Source: an uncultured Chloroflexia bacterium (GTDB lineage: Bacteria > Chloroflexota > Anaerolineae > Anaerolineales > Villigracilaceae). Taken from it: a DNA stretch of 64,000 nt. Of the stretch, positions 9,421-18,470 are shown piece after piece; position 1 is the stretch's first letter; each line of letters begins with the position of its first letter. Under the pieces are notes generated by a model. That model made no database searches and had not been told where the DNA came from. It saw only the letters and a program-made list of their open reading frames with translations. A program made the translations under genes and the position numbers. Location: NCBI GenBank assembly GCA_963757465.1, contig CAVWRY010000002.1, positions 72,905 through 136,904 of the forward strand, read 5' to 3'.

Positions 9421-9498
9421 ATTCCTGTAAACCTGTTGATTTTGATCGTATGGGGCTAAAATCAATCAACCGTGTCTGATTGTCTTACAGGAGAAAAC

Positions 9499-10371
9499 AT
9501 GAAAACCAATCCTCGTCCTCTATTGTTTGGCCTTAGTCTTGTTGCGCTGATGCTTTTTGCTTGCAACCTCGCCGCCCCCACGCCCACCACTGTTCCAGGG
9601 TTGATGGAGACCCTTGTTGCTGCAACACTTCAAGTGATGGCATCTCCCACAGCAGCCACCATCCCCGCCACGGATCTGCCTCCCCTCGCCACTGCTACCT
9701 CAGCCCCCTTGCCGCCGCCAACAACGCCGCCAACAAATACGTCTGCGCCGGTTGGCGGTGCTGCTGTGCGCATCAAATTCGCAACCGGTGCCACTTCAGG
9801 AGTTCAGGAAGGGCAGCTACAGCCAGGCCAGTCTCAGCGCTTTTTGGTCGGTGCAGCCGCAGGGCAGCCCTTGATGGTTTCCGTCAACTCGTTGAACAAC
9901 GATGTGACTTTCTCGGTGACAGGTGTCTCTGACGGCCATGTTCTCGTGGCTGCATCTGAGCAGCTTGGTTCCTGGCAAACCATGCTCACCACCACGCAGG
10001 ACTATCTCATCCAGGTCTATGCCGGGGCGAAGACCGAAAATTTTACCTTGAACATTATCACCCCGGCGCGCATCAAATTTGCCCCTGGGGCTGTCTCTGC
10101 AAAATTAAGCGGTGCCACTGTTGGTGGTTTAAACGTTGCCTACGTGATCCGCGCCAATGCCGGGCAAAAGCTTCAACTGACTCTGGCTGCGCCGCAAGGT
10201 AACGCAGTTTTGAGCATGTACGGTTATCAGGATGGTCAACCTTACCTGCGCTATGTAGTTGAACAAACGGCCTTCGACATGACTTTGCCTGCCACGCAGG
10301 ATTACATCATTCAGGTTGTCCCACGTGCCGGGGCAGTGGCTGATTATGATTTAACCGTGGAAATTAAATAA
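9499..10371 (+). CDS. secreted lipoprotein with two tandem ~95-aa beta-domain repeats
   Basis: AGGAGA RBS. Lipobox 'LMLFAC'. Pro/Thr linker. Internal repeat 'VRIKFATGATS...DYLIQVY' / 'ARIKFAPGAVS...DYIIQVV'. Confidence 0.75.
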   Translation: MKTNPRPLLFGLSLVALMLFACNLAAPTPTTVPGLMETLVAATLQVMASPTAATIPATDLPPLATATSAPLPPPTTPPTNTSAPVGGAAVRIKFATGATSGVQEGQLQPGQSQRFLVGAAAGQPLMVSVNSLNNDVTFSVTGVSDGHVLVAASEQLGSWQTMLTTTQDYLIQVYAGAKTENFTLNIITPARIKFAPGAVSAKLSGATVGGLNVAYVIRANAGQKLQLTLAAPQGNAVLSMYGYQDGQPYLRYVVEQTAFDMTLPATQDYIIQVVPRAGAVADYDLTVEIK

Positions 10372-10395
10372 TCGGGAAAAGGAAAATTCACGCTG

Positions 10396-11040
10396 ATGAC
10401 CAAACCCCTTGTTTTGTGTTTTCTTTTGCTCCTGTCAGTCGGCCTCGCTTGTAGCATGTCTCCCCTTGGGCAGGATTTTGTCCCTTCGGGTGGGGTGCTT
10501 TATCAGGACAAATTCAGCGATGTTCAATCTGGCTGGGGCACGCTGGCCAACGACGCCGGGGTGGCTGCTTATAACAATGCGGCTTATCGAATTTATATCA
10601 AATCCCCCAATGTCAACCTGTGGGCGCATCCCGGCCTTAACTTTGGCGCAACGCGCATCGAAGCCGATGTGGTCACCCAAAACGGCCCACCCGAAAATCG
10701 GATGGGCCTGATCTGTCGTATGCAAGACGCTGCTAATTTTTATTATTTTGTCATCAGCAATGACGGCTATTACGGTATTGGCAAAGTCAAAAATGGCAAG
10801 TGGTCGTTGTTGGAGACGACTGAAATGCGTCCAAGCAGCGCAATTTTGACAAATCGTCAGATCAATCACTTGCGTGCCGATTGTGTTGAAGGCTTGTTTG
10901 CTCTATATGTCAACAACCAGTTGGTGGGCACGGCAGCCGATAAGGATTTTTCCAGCGGAGATGTCGGCATTCTGGCTGGTTCCTTTGAAGCCCCGGGCGT
11001 TGATGTCTATTTTGACAATTTCACAGTGTATAAGCCCTGA
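10396..11040 (+). CDS. lipoprotein with concanavalin A-like (DUF1080/LamG-like) domain
   Basis: Lipobox 'GLAC'. 'NRMGLICRMQDAANFYYFVISNDGYYGIGK...LYVNNQLVG...VYFDNFTVYK' fits a jelly-roll lectin/glucanase fold. Confidence 0.65.
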   Translation: MTKPLVLCFLLLLSVGLACSMSPLGQDFVPSGGVLYQDKFSDVQSGWGTLANDAGVAAYNNAAYRIYIKSPNVNLWAHPGLNFGATRIEADVVTQNGPPENRMGLICRMQDAANFYYFVISNDGYYGIGKVKNGKWSLLETTEMRPSSAILTNRQINHLRADCVEGLFALYVNNQLVGTAADKDFSSGDVGILAGSFEAPGVDVYFDNFTVYKP

Positions 11041-11074
11041 AAAAGCTTATCCTATCGCTTAAAAGGTTTGGTCT

Positions 11075-11461
11075 TTACCTTGGGCGCAGGGATGTCATCC
11101 GGCGCATAGCGTGGCGGCCCGACGAGCCGGTAAATATAGGCATACACCATCGAAAATAAGCCCGAGACAACCACCAGGATAAACACAAAAAGTACAATGG
11201 TAGCAGGAAGTTCATTAAATAGTACCCAAGAAAACTTAAACCCGGGATCGCGCTAAGAAAGCCCAGACTTAAATACTGTGGAAAGCTATTAAGAAGCGAC
11301 CAATGTTGTGCTCTTCCAAAAGTTGCCAGTTCTGATGCTGACGCCCAGACAATAATGGGCACAAGAATAATTATCAAAAAACCAATCCCCGACCAGACTG
11401 GGTGTATTTTGTAGCCTTTTGGTGCTGGTTTCTTGTGATCATATTGGGAATACTTTGCCAT
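11075..11461 (-). CDS. small membrane protein, hypothetical
   Basis: Start at 'MAKYSQYDHKK'. Two or three hydrophobic helices. The Trp/Arg-rich C-terminal third looks atypical and could hide another indel. Confidence 0.45.
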   Translation of the reverse strand: MAKYSQYDHKKPAPKGYKIHPVWSGIGFLIIILVPIIVWASASELATFGRAQHWSLLNSFPQYLSLGFLSAIPGLSFLGYYLMNFLLPLYFLCLSWWLSRAYFRWCMPIFTGSSGRHAMRRMTSLRPR

Positions 11462-11551
11462 TAGAACCTCGCTTTGCATGAGATGGTATTTTTCTTGAGG
11501 CAATCTCTGCTCACATTGTACCGCTGCCCGTTATTTTTTGCCATTAAAATA

Positions 11552-11584
11552 AAAAAGCGTACAGGATTTAAGTTTGTACGCTTT
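11552..11584 (-). terminator. rho-independent terminator of 11608-12132
   Basis: Minus strand reads agcgtaca-N11-tgtacgct followed by TTTTTT. Confidence 0.75.
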
Positions 11585-11607
11585 CTTTACCAGATAAAAT
11601 TTATACT

Positions 11608-12132
11608 TTATTTCGGTGTCCCACTAAAAACTTCATAGCGGTGGTCAAAGGCATTTACCGCATCGCGGCTCAAAGTCACCAGGTTGCGGATGACGGCAGG
11701 CAGGGCATCCGTGTTGCCCATGGTTGCTTCAATCGTGTCAAGCGCATTTTTAATGGCGTCTGCTGTATCAAAAAATGCAGCATCGTACGCATAGATTTTT
11801 GCCAGTTCATCTTGATTAATTTTGACAGAGTCAAACAGACCTGCATATCCATAGGTGGCATTGCGCACTTTGTCTGTAAAAGTGCGCAATTGCAGCGCAG
11901 CTTTTTCAAGATCGTCAATAAATTCAATACCACCTTGGCTGATCAGTTCGGTCTGTAAGGCTGAAAGACGCTTGTATAATTCTTCGAAGCGAGTGGCGAT
12001 GCTATCGCGCATTAGCTTGTCTGCGGCGCGGCGGTTTTCCCGCTCAATGTAACCGCTAAAGCCGGGGATGTGCGAAGCCAGCTTCTTCAATGGATCTTGA
12101 TCTCCGGTAACGCGCTCAAAAAAGTCGCTCAT
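11608..12132 (-). CDS. hypothetical cytosolic helical protein
   Basis: GGAGGA RBS upstream of ATG 12132 ('MSDFFERVTG'). No family recognised. Confidence 0.7.
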   Translation of the reverse strand: MSDFFERVTGDQDPLKKLASHIPGFSGYIERENRRAADKLMRDSIATRFEELYKRLSALQTELISQGGIEFIDDLEKAALQLRTFTDKVRNATYGYAGLFDSVKINQDELAKIYAYDAAFFDTADAIKNALDTIEATMGNTDALPAVIRNLVTLSRDAVNAFDHRYEVFSGTPK

Positions 12133-12169
12133 TGTTCCTCCTGCAAATTGGTGGGTAAAATCAGTTTCA

Positions 12170-12199
12170 TTCATTATAGCCTGAGTTTATGGGTATAAT
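12170..12199 (+). promoter_or_regulatory. candidate sigma-70 promoter of fba
   Basis: TTCATT, 18 nt, TATAAT (12194-12199), about 110 nt upstream of the fba ATG. Confidence 0.3.
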
Positions 12200-12312
12200 C
12201 AAGCAGTTTGTTGTCCGCTACATCAGCATCTACGGGGTTGTATTGCAAAAGTTGCAAGTGGCCCGCATACTGTATTGCGGATAAATCTCAACTCTTAAAA
12301 AGGAATGCACAC

Positions 12313-13272
12313 ATGATTGTTACAACCAAAAAACTGTTTCAGGCTGCTTACGGTAAGTATGCCATTGGCGCTTACAATATTAATAACCTTGAGCAGGCAA
12401 TGGGCCTGTTCAAGGGTTGTGTTGATAGCAAAGCGCCCTTTATTATTCAGATCAGCAAAGGTGCACGCGCTTACACCCACAAGAAAATGCTCGAAGCCCT
12501 GATTACTGCTACCAATGACGTTTTCCCTGAAGCAATTTTTGCCGTTCACCTCGATCACGGCGATGAAGAAACCTGCTACGACTGCATTGACAGCGGTTTC
12601 TATAGCTCCGTCATGATTGACGCCAGCCATGAAACCTTCGAGAAAAACATTGAAATCACCCGCCGCGTGGCGGATCGTGCGCATGCCAAGGGGCTGGTTG
12701 TTGAATCTGAACTCGGCCAGTTGGGCGGCGTCGAAGAACATGTTGCTGTGGATGAAGCCCACGCCAAACTGACCGACCCGCGTCAGGCCCTCGAATTCGT
12801 CGAACGCTCCGGCTGCGATTCTCTCGCGGTGGCAATCGGCACCAGCCATGGCGCTTTCAAATTTAGCGGCACCCAGGCCCTTCGTTTGGATGTGCTCGCT
12901 CAAATCCAGGCGGTGCTGCCCGGTTTCCCACTCGTTATGCACGGCTCCAGCTCCGTCCCCGAAGAGGAAGTACAACGCATCAACGCCGCTGGTGGCAAAA
13001 TGCTTGACACCAAAGGCGTCAATGCCGATGAATTCCTTGGCGCTGCCAAACTTGGTGTCACCAAGGTCAACATCGACACCGATGGTCGCCTGGTCTGGAC
13101 ACGCGTTCACCGCGAATATTTCCGCGACAACCCCGACCAGTTTGACCTGCGCCCGGTTGGCAAAATCTTTATGGCCGAATACGCCAAGTTCATCGTTGCA
13201 AAGAATGGCAAGTTGGGCTCCGCTGGTCATCTCGACGAAGTCCGCGAAATCGTTTCAGCGGTGGTTGCCTAA
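12313..13272 (+). CDS. fba: class II fructose-1,6-bisphosphate aldolase
   Basis: 'YAIGAYNINNLEQ', 'VHLDHG', 'SVMIDASH', 'VESELGQLGG', 'LAVAIGTSHGAFKF', 'LVMHGSSS'. Confidence 0.93.
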   Translation: MIVTTKKLFQAAYGKYAIGAYNINNLEQAMGLFKGCVDSKAPFIIQISKGARAYTHKKMLEALITATNDVFPEAIFAVHLDHGDEETCYDCIDSGFYSSVMIDASHETFEKNIEITRRVADRAHAKGLVVESELGQLGGVEEHVAVDEAHAKLTDPRQALEFVERSGCDSLAVAIGTSHGAFKFSGTQALRLDVLAQIQAVLPGFPLVMHGSSSVPEEEVQRINAAGGKMLDTKGVNADEFLGAAKLGVTKVNIDTDGRLVWTRVHREYFRDNPDQFDLRPVGKIFMAEYAKFIVAKNGKLGSAGHLDEVREIVSAVVA

Positions 13273-13281
13273 GCAATAAAA

Positions 13282-13319
13282 AAAAGACCCTGAGACATTT
13301 TCTTCTCAAGGTCTTTTTT
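13282..13319 (+). terminator. rho-independent terminator of fba
   Basis: aaaagaccctgaga-N7-tctcaaggtcttttttc. Confidence 0.75.
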
Positions 13320-13351
13320 CTGCTTTCTATTTTCTGTTCACTCATCATCGA

Positions 13352-13852
13352 ATGCCATCCACCGAGCAAGGTATCACATCCAATCGTTATCTGGTGATTC
13401 CGCGCACCGCCATTTTTTTGCGCGCTGATGATTCGTATCTTTTGCTCAAAGGCGCGTCCACCAAGCGCCTGTGGGCCAACAAGTACAACGGCCTGGGCGG
13501 CCATGTTGAACGCGGAGAAGATGTTCTCTCTGCTGCAAAGCGCGAGCTTTTTGAAGAATCAGGGATCATTGCGGAGTTATGGTTGTGTGGAACGCTGATG
13601 ATCGATACCGCTCAAACCCCGGGAATTTGTCTGTACCTATTTACGGGTGAGGCCTCCAAAGTTGCGCCGACCCCTTCCCGTGAAGGAGTGCCGGAGTGGA
13701 TACCATTCCATCAGCTTTCAGCGCTCCCCGTGGTGGAAGATTTGCCCGTTCTTCTCGGGCGAATCCACACCATGCAGCGTGGCTATCCACCCTTTGCGGC
13801 GTCATCTTATTACGATGAGAATCAGCAATTGCAGGTAGTCTTCGGCCATTAA
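13352..13852 (+). CDS. NUDIX hydrolase
   Basis: Nudix box 'GLGGHVERGEDVLSAAKRELFEESGI'. Confidence 0.88.
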   Translation: MPSTEQGITSNRYLVIPRTAIFLRADDSYLLLKGASTKRLWANKYNGLGGHVERGEDVLSAAKRELFEESGIIAELWLCGTLMIDTAQTPGICLYLFTGEASKVAPTPSREGVPEWIPFHQLSALPVVEDLPVLLGRIHTMQRGYPPFAASSYYDENQQLQVVFGH

Positions 13853-13853
13853 A

Positions 13854-13891
13854 TAAAAAAATCCCGATGCCGTAACAGCATCGGGATTTTT
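13854..13891. terminator. bidirectional rho-independent terminator
   Basis: aaaaaaatcccgatgc-cgtaaca-gcatcgggattttt between convergent genes. Confidence 0.85.
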
Positions 13892-13893
13892 CT

Positions 13894-15093
13894 CTAAAGC
13901 ATCACTTTGGTTGCTTTTAATCGCATTGTAAATGTACTGCCCTGGCCAACATTGCTTTGAACCGAGAGATTTCCATTATGTTGTTTGATGACTTGATACG
14001 TAATCGACAGCCCTAAACCGATGCCGCCGAAGAGGTCTTTGTCGTTTCGATCAATATGATAAAAGCGGTCAAAAATGCGGGAAATGTTGCCTGCTTCAAT
14101 ACCAATTCCTTCATCCACTACATCCACTACAACATCATTGGCTTCTTCACGGATTTTAATGGTGATATGACCGCCGTTGGGGCTGAATTTTACTGCATTG
14201 TCGATCAATGCCATCAAAGCACGTTCCAGCGATTTGTGGTCGCCAGAGACATTCGGCAGATCAGGTTCCGCATTGACGTTAATGGTCACCATGTTTGCTG
14301 CGGCTTTGTCCTCGTATTTTTTTGCTACATCTTCAACAATCTCAACCATGTTAACCGGCTGAAATTTGGGCAAAATCAAATCCATTTCTTGCATGAAAAG
14401 AATATCATTGACCAGCGTTGTAATCTGGTGGATATTGCGCGTCACAGTTTCCAGCGCGTCGGGTATCTTGTCGCCTGAAATTGCGCCTTTTTGCATCAGT
14501 TGAAGAAATCCGCCAGCAGCCATTAAGGGTGTGCGCAGTTCGTGAGCCATATTGCTTAAAAATTCGCGGCGGGTTAGTTCTTCTTCGGCCAGTTTTTGGT
14601 AGGCATGGGCCAATTCGGATGCACGCATACGCAAGTCTTCAATGGCCATTTCATCATTTCCCCGCAGCCGATTGGAAATTTCACGCACCATTGCGATTGA
14701 AACGGTGGTTGAACGCTGCAACACCCGATCAAAATTTTCCTTGTCAATTTCGAGCACGGTCACATGTGTGGTTGCGGTGACATTGGCAGCACGGGGTGCG
14801 TTGTGGATCAAGGCCATTTCGCCAAAAAAAGCGCCCGGTCCCAGTGATTTCAAATAGCGTTGTTCCAGATTGTTGATCATCTTTGTGATGTCAACCGTTC
14901 CATCCAGCAGAATGTAAAAGGTTGCTTCGATGGCGCCTTCATGACAGAGCACACTGCCCGAAGCAAAATTTTTTACTTCGGCGTGCGAAATCATTTCATC
15001 CATTTCGAACTGGGATATTCCCGGAAAAGCAATGGGGATGATTTCTGCTGGTGATGGGATGTTTTTGCGTGGAAGATTGAGCTTATTATGCAT
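13894..15093 (-). CDS. cyclic-nucleotide-binding domain histidine kinase (orphan)
   Basis: CAP_ED 'FFGEMALIHNAPRAANV'. H-box 'AHELRTPL'. 'DNAVKFSP', 'DEGIGI', 'GGIGLGLSI'. No adjacent response regulator. Confidence 0.88.
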   Translation of the reverse strand: MHNKLNLPRKNIPSPAEIIPIAFPGISQFEMDEMISHAEVKNFASGSVLCHEGAIEATFYILLDGTVDITKMINNLEQRYLKSLGPGAFFGEMALIHNAPRAANVTATTHVTVLEIDKENFDRVLQRSTTVSIAMVREISNRLRGNDEMAIEDLRMRASELAHAYQKLAEEELTRREFLSNMAHELRTPLMAAGGFLQLMQKGAISGDKIPDALETVTRNIHQITTLVNDILFMQEMDLILPKFQPVNMVEIVEDVAKKYEDKAAANMVTINVNAEPDLPNVSGDHKSLERALMALIDNAVKFSPNGGHITIKIREEANDVVVDVVDEGIGIEAGNISRIFDRFYHIDRNDKDLFGGIGLGLSITYQVIKQHNGNLSVQSNVGQGSTFTMRLKATKVML

Positions 15094-15191
15094 AAAAAGA
15101 CACCTTGCTTGAGCTATATACTTAATCTTATCATGGAAGCAGTCTGTTTTGGGCGTCCGCTCTTTTCGCTTAGCTAAAAAAATGGTAAATA

Positions 15192-15222
15192 AAAAAAGCC
15201 GGGCGAGTAGCGCCCGGCTTTC
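15192..15222 (-). terminator. rho-independent terminator of the IscA-like gene
   Basis: Minus strand reads aaagccgggcg-ctac-tcgcccggcttt followed by a T-run. Confidence 0.8.
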
Positions 15223-15236
15223 TGCTTTCTGAAAAA

Positions 15237-15698
15237 TTAGTTAGCGCTGCCGCAACCGCAATTTCCGCCGCAGCCGCAAGAGCTTTCGGATTCTGAATGG
15301 CTGTGAGCCTCGCTGGATGAACCACATCCGCAGGAACCACCACCACACCCGCACGAGCCGCCTTTTTGGGAGTTCGGGCTGTCTACAAGGAAGCCAGCGC
15401 CACGGACGGGGTCGTTGACAAAGTCAATCTTTGCGCCAACCAGGTAGTTCATGGATTGGTCATCAATGAGAACTTTCACGCCATCAGTTTCGAAGGACAT
15501 GTCATTTTCATGGATATTATTATCCAGTGCCATGCCGAACTGAACGCCACTACAACCGCCGCCTGCGACATATACACGGAGGCCGTAGCCTTCCAATTTG
15601 CGTTCGGCAAGAATTTCACGTACTGCATTTGCGGCGGCAGATGTGATTGTGACGGTTTCATTTATAACCTGAAAGTTGGTTTCGATTTCCTGAAGCAT
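15237..15698 (-). CDS. HesB/IscA-family Fe-S cluster insertion protein with extended Cys/Gly-rich tail
   Basis: AAGGAGAA RBS. 'GLRVYVAGGGCSGVQFGM', 'LIDDQSMNYLVGAKIDF'. The tail carries four CGC motifs: 'SCGCGGGSCGCG...SCGCGGNCGCG'. Confidence 0.85.
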   Translation of the reverse strand: MLQEIETNFQVINETVTITSAAANAVREILAERKLEGYGLRVYVAGGGCSGVQFGMALDNNIHENDMSFETDGVKVLIDDQSMNYLVGAKIDFVNDPVRGAGFLVDSPNSQKGGSCGCGGGSCGCGSSSEAHSHSESESSCGCGGNCGCGSAN

Positions 15699-15884
15699 GT
15701 GATTCTCCTTATTTGTGATTTTCTGCTTTATGAATAAATTAGCTTCTGGCGCAGAAAATTCAATGGGTATGATTTGAGTTTTTATATCGCAATTTTGATA
15801 AATATTATCAGCAATGAACGCGATTGTCAACATAAAAAAATTCCTCGCTGTTGCGGCGAGGAATTTGGGGAGCAAATTTAAAAG

Positions 15885-16730
15885 TTAATTGGTAGGCAAG
15901 CGATTTTTTAGTGTGCGATCAAGAATCTCGTCCTGCTCTTGATTCGGCTTTGCTTTTTTTGATCGCGCAGCTTTTTCAGCTTTTTGGCGATCAAGGGCGG
16001 TTTGCCAGGCAATTTCAAAAGCGGTTGGTTCGGGCTCGGATGGTTCTTCTGAAACCGGCATTTCGAATTTCTCACTCTTGCCTTTGTTGCTCTTTCTCGG
16101 GCCGCGTTCGCGGTTGTCTGAAGGATTCTCTGAGCGTACTTTGGCTGCAGGCGCTGTCGAGTTTGCAGTTGGGATGCGCTTGGAGCGGGGAGTTTCAATT
16201 TCTTCTTTTTCTTCGGGCGGAGCAATGGTTGCTTTCATGCTCAGACGAATTTGTTTTTTCTTGCGGTCAACGTCGATAATCATGACGTCGATTTCATCGC
16301 CTTCCTTGACAACTTCTTGGGGAGTCTTGACATAACCATGTGCCATTTCACTGATGTGAACGAGACCTGGACGTTCTGCTCCGATTTCGACAAAGACACC
16401 GTATGTTTCGAGGCGAACTACTTTGCCCTTGATGACGGTTTCGGGTTTGAGGTCTTTCCAGTCCAGCCCAAGGGGTTCGATGGTGGTTAATTCAATACGA
16501 TCTGCCTTTGCACGGCGTACCCACACATCAATGCTTTGGCCTACCTGTAATATTTCATCAATGCGCTTGGCGGGGTCTGCCTGGATTTGTGAAACGTGGA
16601 GAATGCCGGGTACGCTTTCCCCAATATCGATCACGGCTCCTGCCAGTGTGGTTTTTACTACTTTTCCTGTTATTTTTGTTTTCGGTTTAAGTTCCGTGCC
16701 GCGAACAGCGGTATCTGCTGATGTGCTCAT
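15885..16730 (-). CDS. S1 RNA-binding domain protein (two S1 domains, K/E-rich tail)
   Basis: 'ITGKVVKTTLAGAVIDIG...GILHVSQI' and 'IKGKVVRLETYGVFVEIG...GLVHISEM'. Confidence 0.85.
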   Translation of the reverse strand: MSTSADTAVRGTELKPKTKITGKVVKTTLAGAVIDIGESVPGILHVSQIQADPAKRIDEILQVGQSIDVWVRRAKADRIELTTIEPLGLDWKDLKPETVIKGKVVRLETYGVFVEIGAERPGLVHISEMAHGYVKTPQEVVKEGDEIDVMIIDVDRKKKQIRLSMKATIAPPEEKEEIETPRSKRIPTANSTAPAAKVRSENPSDNRERGPRKSNKGKSEKFEMPVSEEPSEPEPTAFEIAWQTALDRQKAEKAARSKKAKPNQEQDEILDRTLKNRLPTN

Positions 16731-16822
16731 AAAATTTTCTCCTGGAGCGTAATTATAGCGAATATTGATTATACCGCAGAACAGTCAAACGTCAATTAGC
16801 TAATTTGAGCAAATCAGAATTT

Positions 16823-17728
16823 TCATAAGGTTTGGCGAGATAGCAAAGCAAAAACTGCAATAATTGCCAGTTGCGCCATTGGATAGTAGCTGGCCCTGTC
16901 AAACAGTTTGGCGGCCAGTCGTCCTTCGTGTTGTTTGTAGAGTTGGAAGCCAGGCACCAGCAGCAGAAAGAATCCGGCAGCGGCGCTGGCGATTAGGTAT
17001 GCAATGCCCAGGGGGAGGGGCGAAGCCAACGGTAGGAACAGGCTGGTAAGCACGGTCAGCCCGAGGGTAATCAACACCACCAGCCCCGCCCTTTGCGGGC
17101 CGAAATGAATCGGGATGGTTTTGGCACCAACGCGCAAATCTTCAACAGTATCGTTCCAATCAGCGGGTACGTTTTGCCCACCAATTTCCCAGAAGAGAAT
17201 CCAGACGAAGAGTAGCAACAAAAAATAAGGGGATGGGTTGCGGTCTACGACAAAAACGGCGGAGATGGGTCCGCTGGCTTTGACCAATCCGCTGACCAAA
17301 GTGCGCCAGTAGGTGACTTTGAGCAGCAGGCAGTAAATTACTTCCAGCAGGGCGGCGGCAATCAGAATGAAGATGATGGCCGGGTTGAGAATGTAAGAGC
17401 CAACCAGCGCCAGGGCAAACCAAAAACCAAACCATAGCAAACCACTCCGATAAGGAAGCACATTTTGCGCGAGGGGATAGCGCATGTCTGACGATTCGAC
17501 AGAATAGCCTGCGTTAATGCCGCCTGCAAATTTTTCCTTGTCTACTGCCATGCCGACAAGGTCATTGAGGGCATAAATGGCGGTGTAGGCTGCAAAGGCG
17601 GTGAAGATCGAGAGCAGGATGATTTGCCAGCTTGGAAAATTGCCGAGCCACAGGATGGCGCAAAAGCCGGGGGCGGCCAGGTCTAAAACACCGTGCATAG
17701 TTCTGGAGAGTGCCAAAAATCGTTTCAT
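16823..17728 (-). CDS. UbiA-superfamily prenyltransferase (EboC-like by context)
   Basis: About 9 TM helices. 'YALNDLVGMAVDKE' (NDxxDxxxD) and second Asp-rich motif 'DWNDTVEDLRVGAKTIP'. Confidence 0.85.
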   Translation of the reverse strand: MKRFLALSRTMHGVLDLAAPGFCAILWLGNFPSWQIILLSIFTAFAAYTAIYALNDLVGMAVDKEKFAGGINAGYSVESSDMRYPLAQNVLPYRSGLLWFGFWFALALVGSYILNPAIIFILIAAALLEVIYCLLLKVTYWRTLVSGLVKASGPISAVFVVDRNPSPYFLLLLFVWILFWEIGGQNVPADWNDTVEDLRVGAKTIPIHFGPQRAGLVVLITLGLTVLTSLFLPLASPLPLGIAYLIASAAAGFFLLLVPGFQLYKQHEGRLAAKLFDRASYYPMAQLAIIAVFALLSRQTL

Positions 17729-17759
17729 CGAATGGATCCCTGTGGCTAAGTTTTTGTGT

Positions 17760-18470
17760 TTATTGTTTTTTGATAAAGTGCATCATGTAGTTCATGTCTT
17801 CGACATTGTCAGCGACTTTGAAGGTGTGCATGATTGGGTTGAAGATCAGGCTGGCAATGCGCGAAAATGCGAGACCATTCTTTTGTGACCAGAAGGTCAG
17901 TTCGCTGGGCTTAATCAATTTGCTGTAGGTATGCGTCCCCTTTGGAAGCATGTGCAAAATATATTCGCCAACGAAAATGACTGCGAAAAGCGACTTGGGC
18001 GTGCGGTTGATGCTGGAGAAAAAGGCGTGACCACCCGGTTTGAGTGCCTGGGCACAGGCCGCAACGACCTTTTCGGGTTCGGGGACATGTTCGAGCATTT
18101 CCATGCACGTGACAACATCAAAGGTGCCTGCCTGCTCACGGGCGAGCTCTTCGGCGCTGACGACACGGTAGTCGATGGATAAGCCCTGGGATTTGGCATG
18201 CAATTTGGCGGCTTCAATCGACGGTTGGGACAGATCGATGCCGGTTACCCGACCTCCAGCCTTTGCCAGTGCTTCGGACAGGATTCCGCCGCCGCAGCCT
18301 ACGTCCAATACCTTTGGCGAAGCCACCGTTAACTTTTCGGTGATGAATTTGGTCCGCAGCGGGTTGATGGTATGCAGCGTGCCCATCTCACCCTTTAAAT
18401 CCCACCAGATGTCAGCAACATTGTCAAACTTGGTAATTTCTTCGCCGTCAAAATTATTAAATTCGGTCAT
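17760..18470 (-). CDS. ubiG: UbiG-type SAM-dependent O-methyltransferase
   Basis: Colinear by eye with proteobacterial UbiG: 'WWDLKGEMGTLHTINPLR', 'VLDVGCGGGILSE', 'DVVTCMEMLEHVPEP', 'YILHMLPKGTH...LIKPSEL'. Confidence 0.8.
   Translation of the reverse strand: MTEFNNFDGEEITKFDNVADIWWDLKGEMGTLHTINPLRTKFITEKLTVASPKVLDVGCGGGILSEALAKAGGRVTGIDLSQPSIEAAKLHAKSQGLSIDYRVVSAEELAREQAGTFDVVTCMEMLEHVPEPEKVVAACAQALKPGGHAFFSSINRTPKSLFAVIFVGEYILHMLPKGTHTYSKLIKPSELTFWSQKNGLAFSRIASLIFNPIMHTFKVADNVEDMNYMMHFIKKQ

Noticed and set aside
9432-9466. 8-bp inverted repeat TTGATTTT-N-AAAATCAA upstream of the lipoprotein gene at 9499, as a possible operator.
   Set aside because: It is a single short AT-rich dyad and no cognate regulator is evident. 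It is indistinguishable from chance.
17760-18470. Taking the UbiG-like gene as proof of ubiquinone biosynthesis.
   Set aside because: No other ubi genes are nearby (ubiA is only superfamily-level, with no ubiD/X/H/E). The operon context points to a different substrate.
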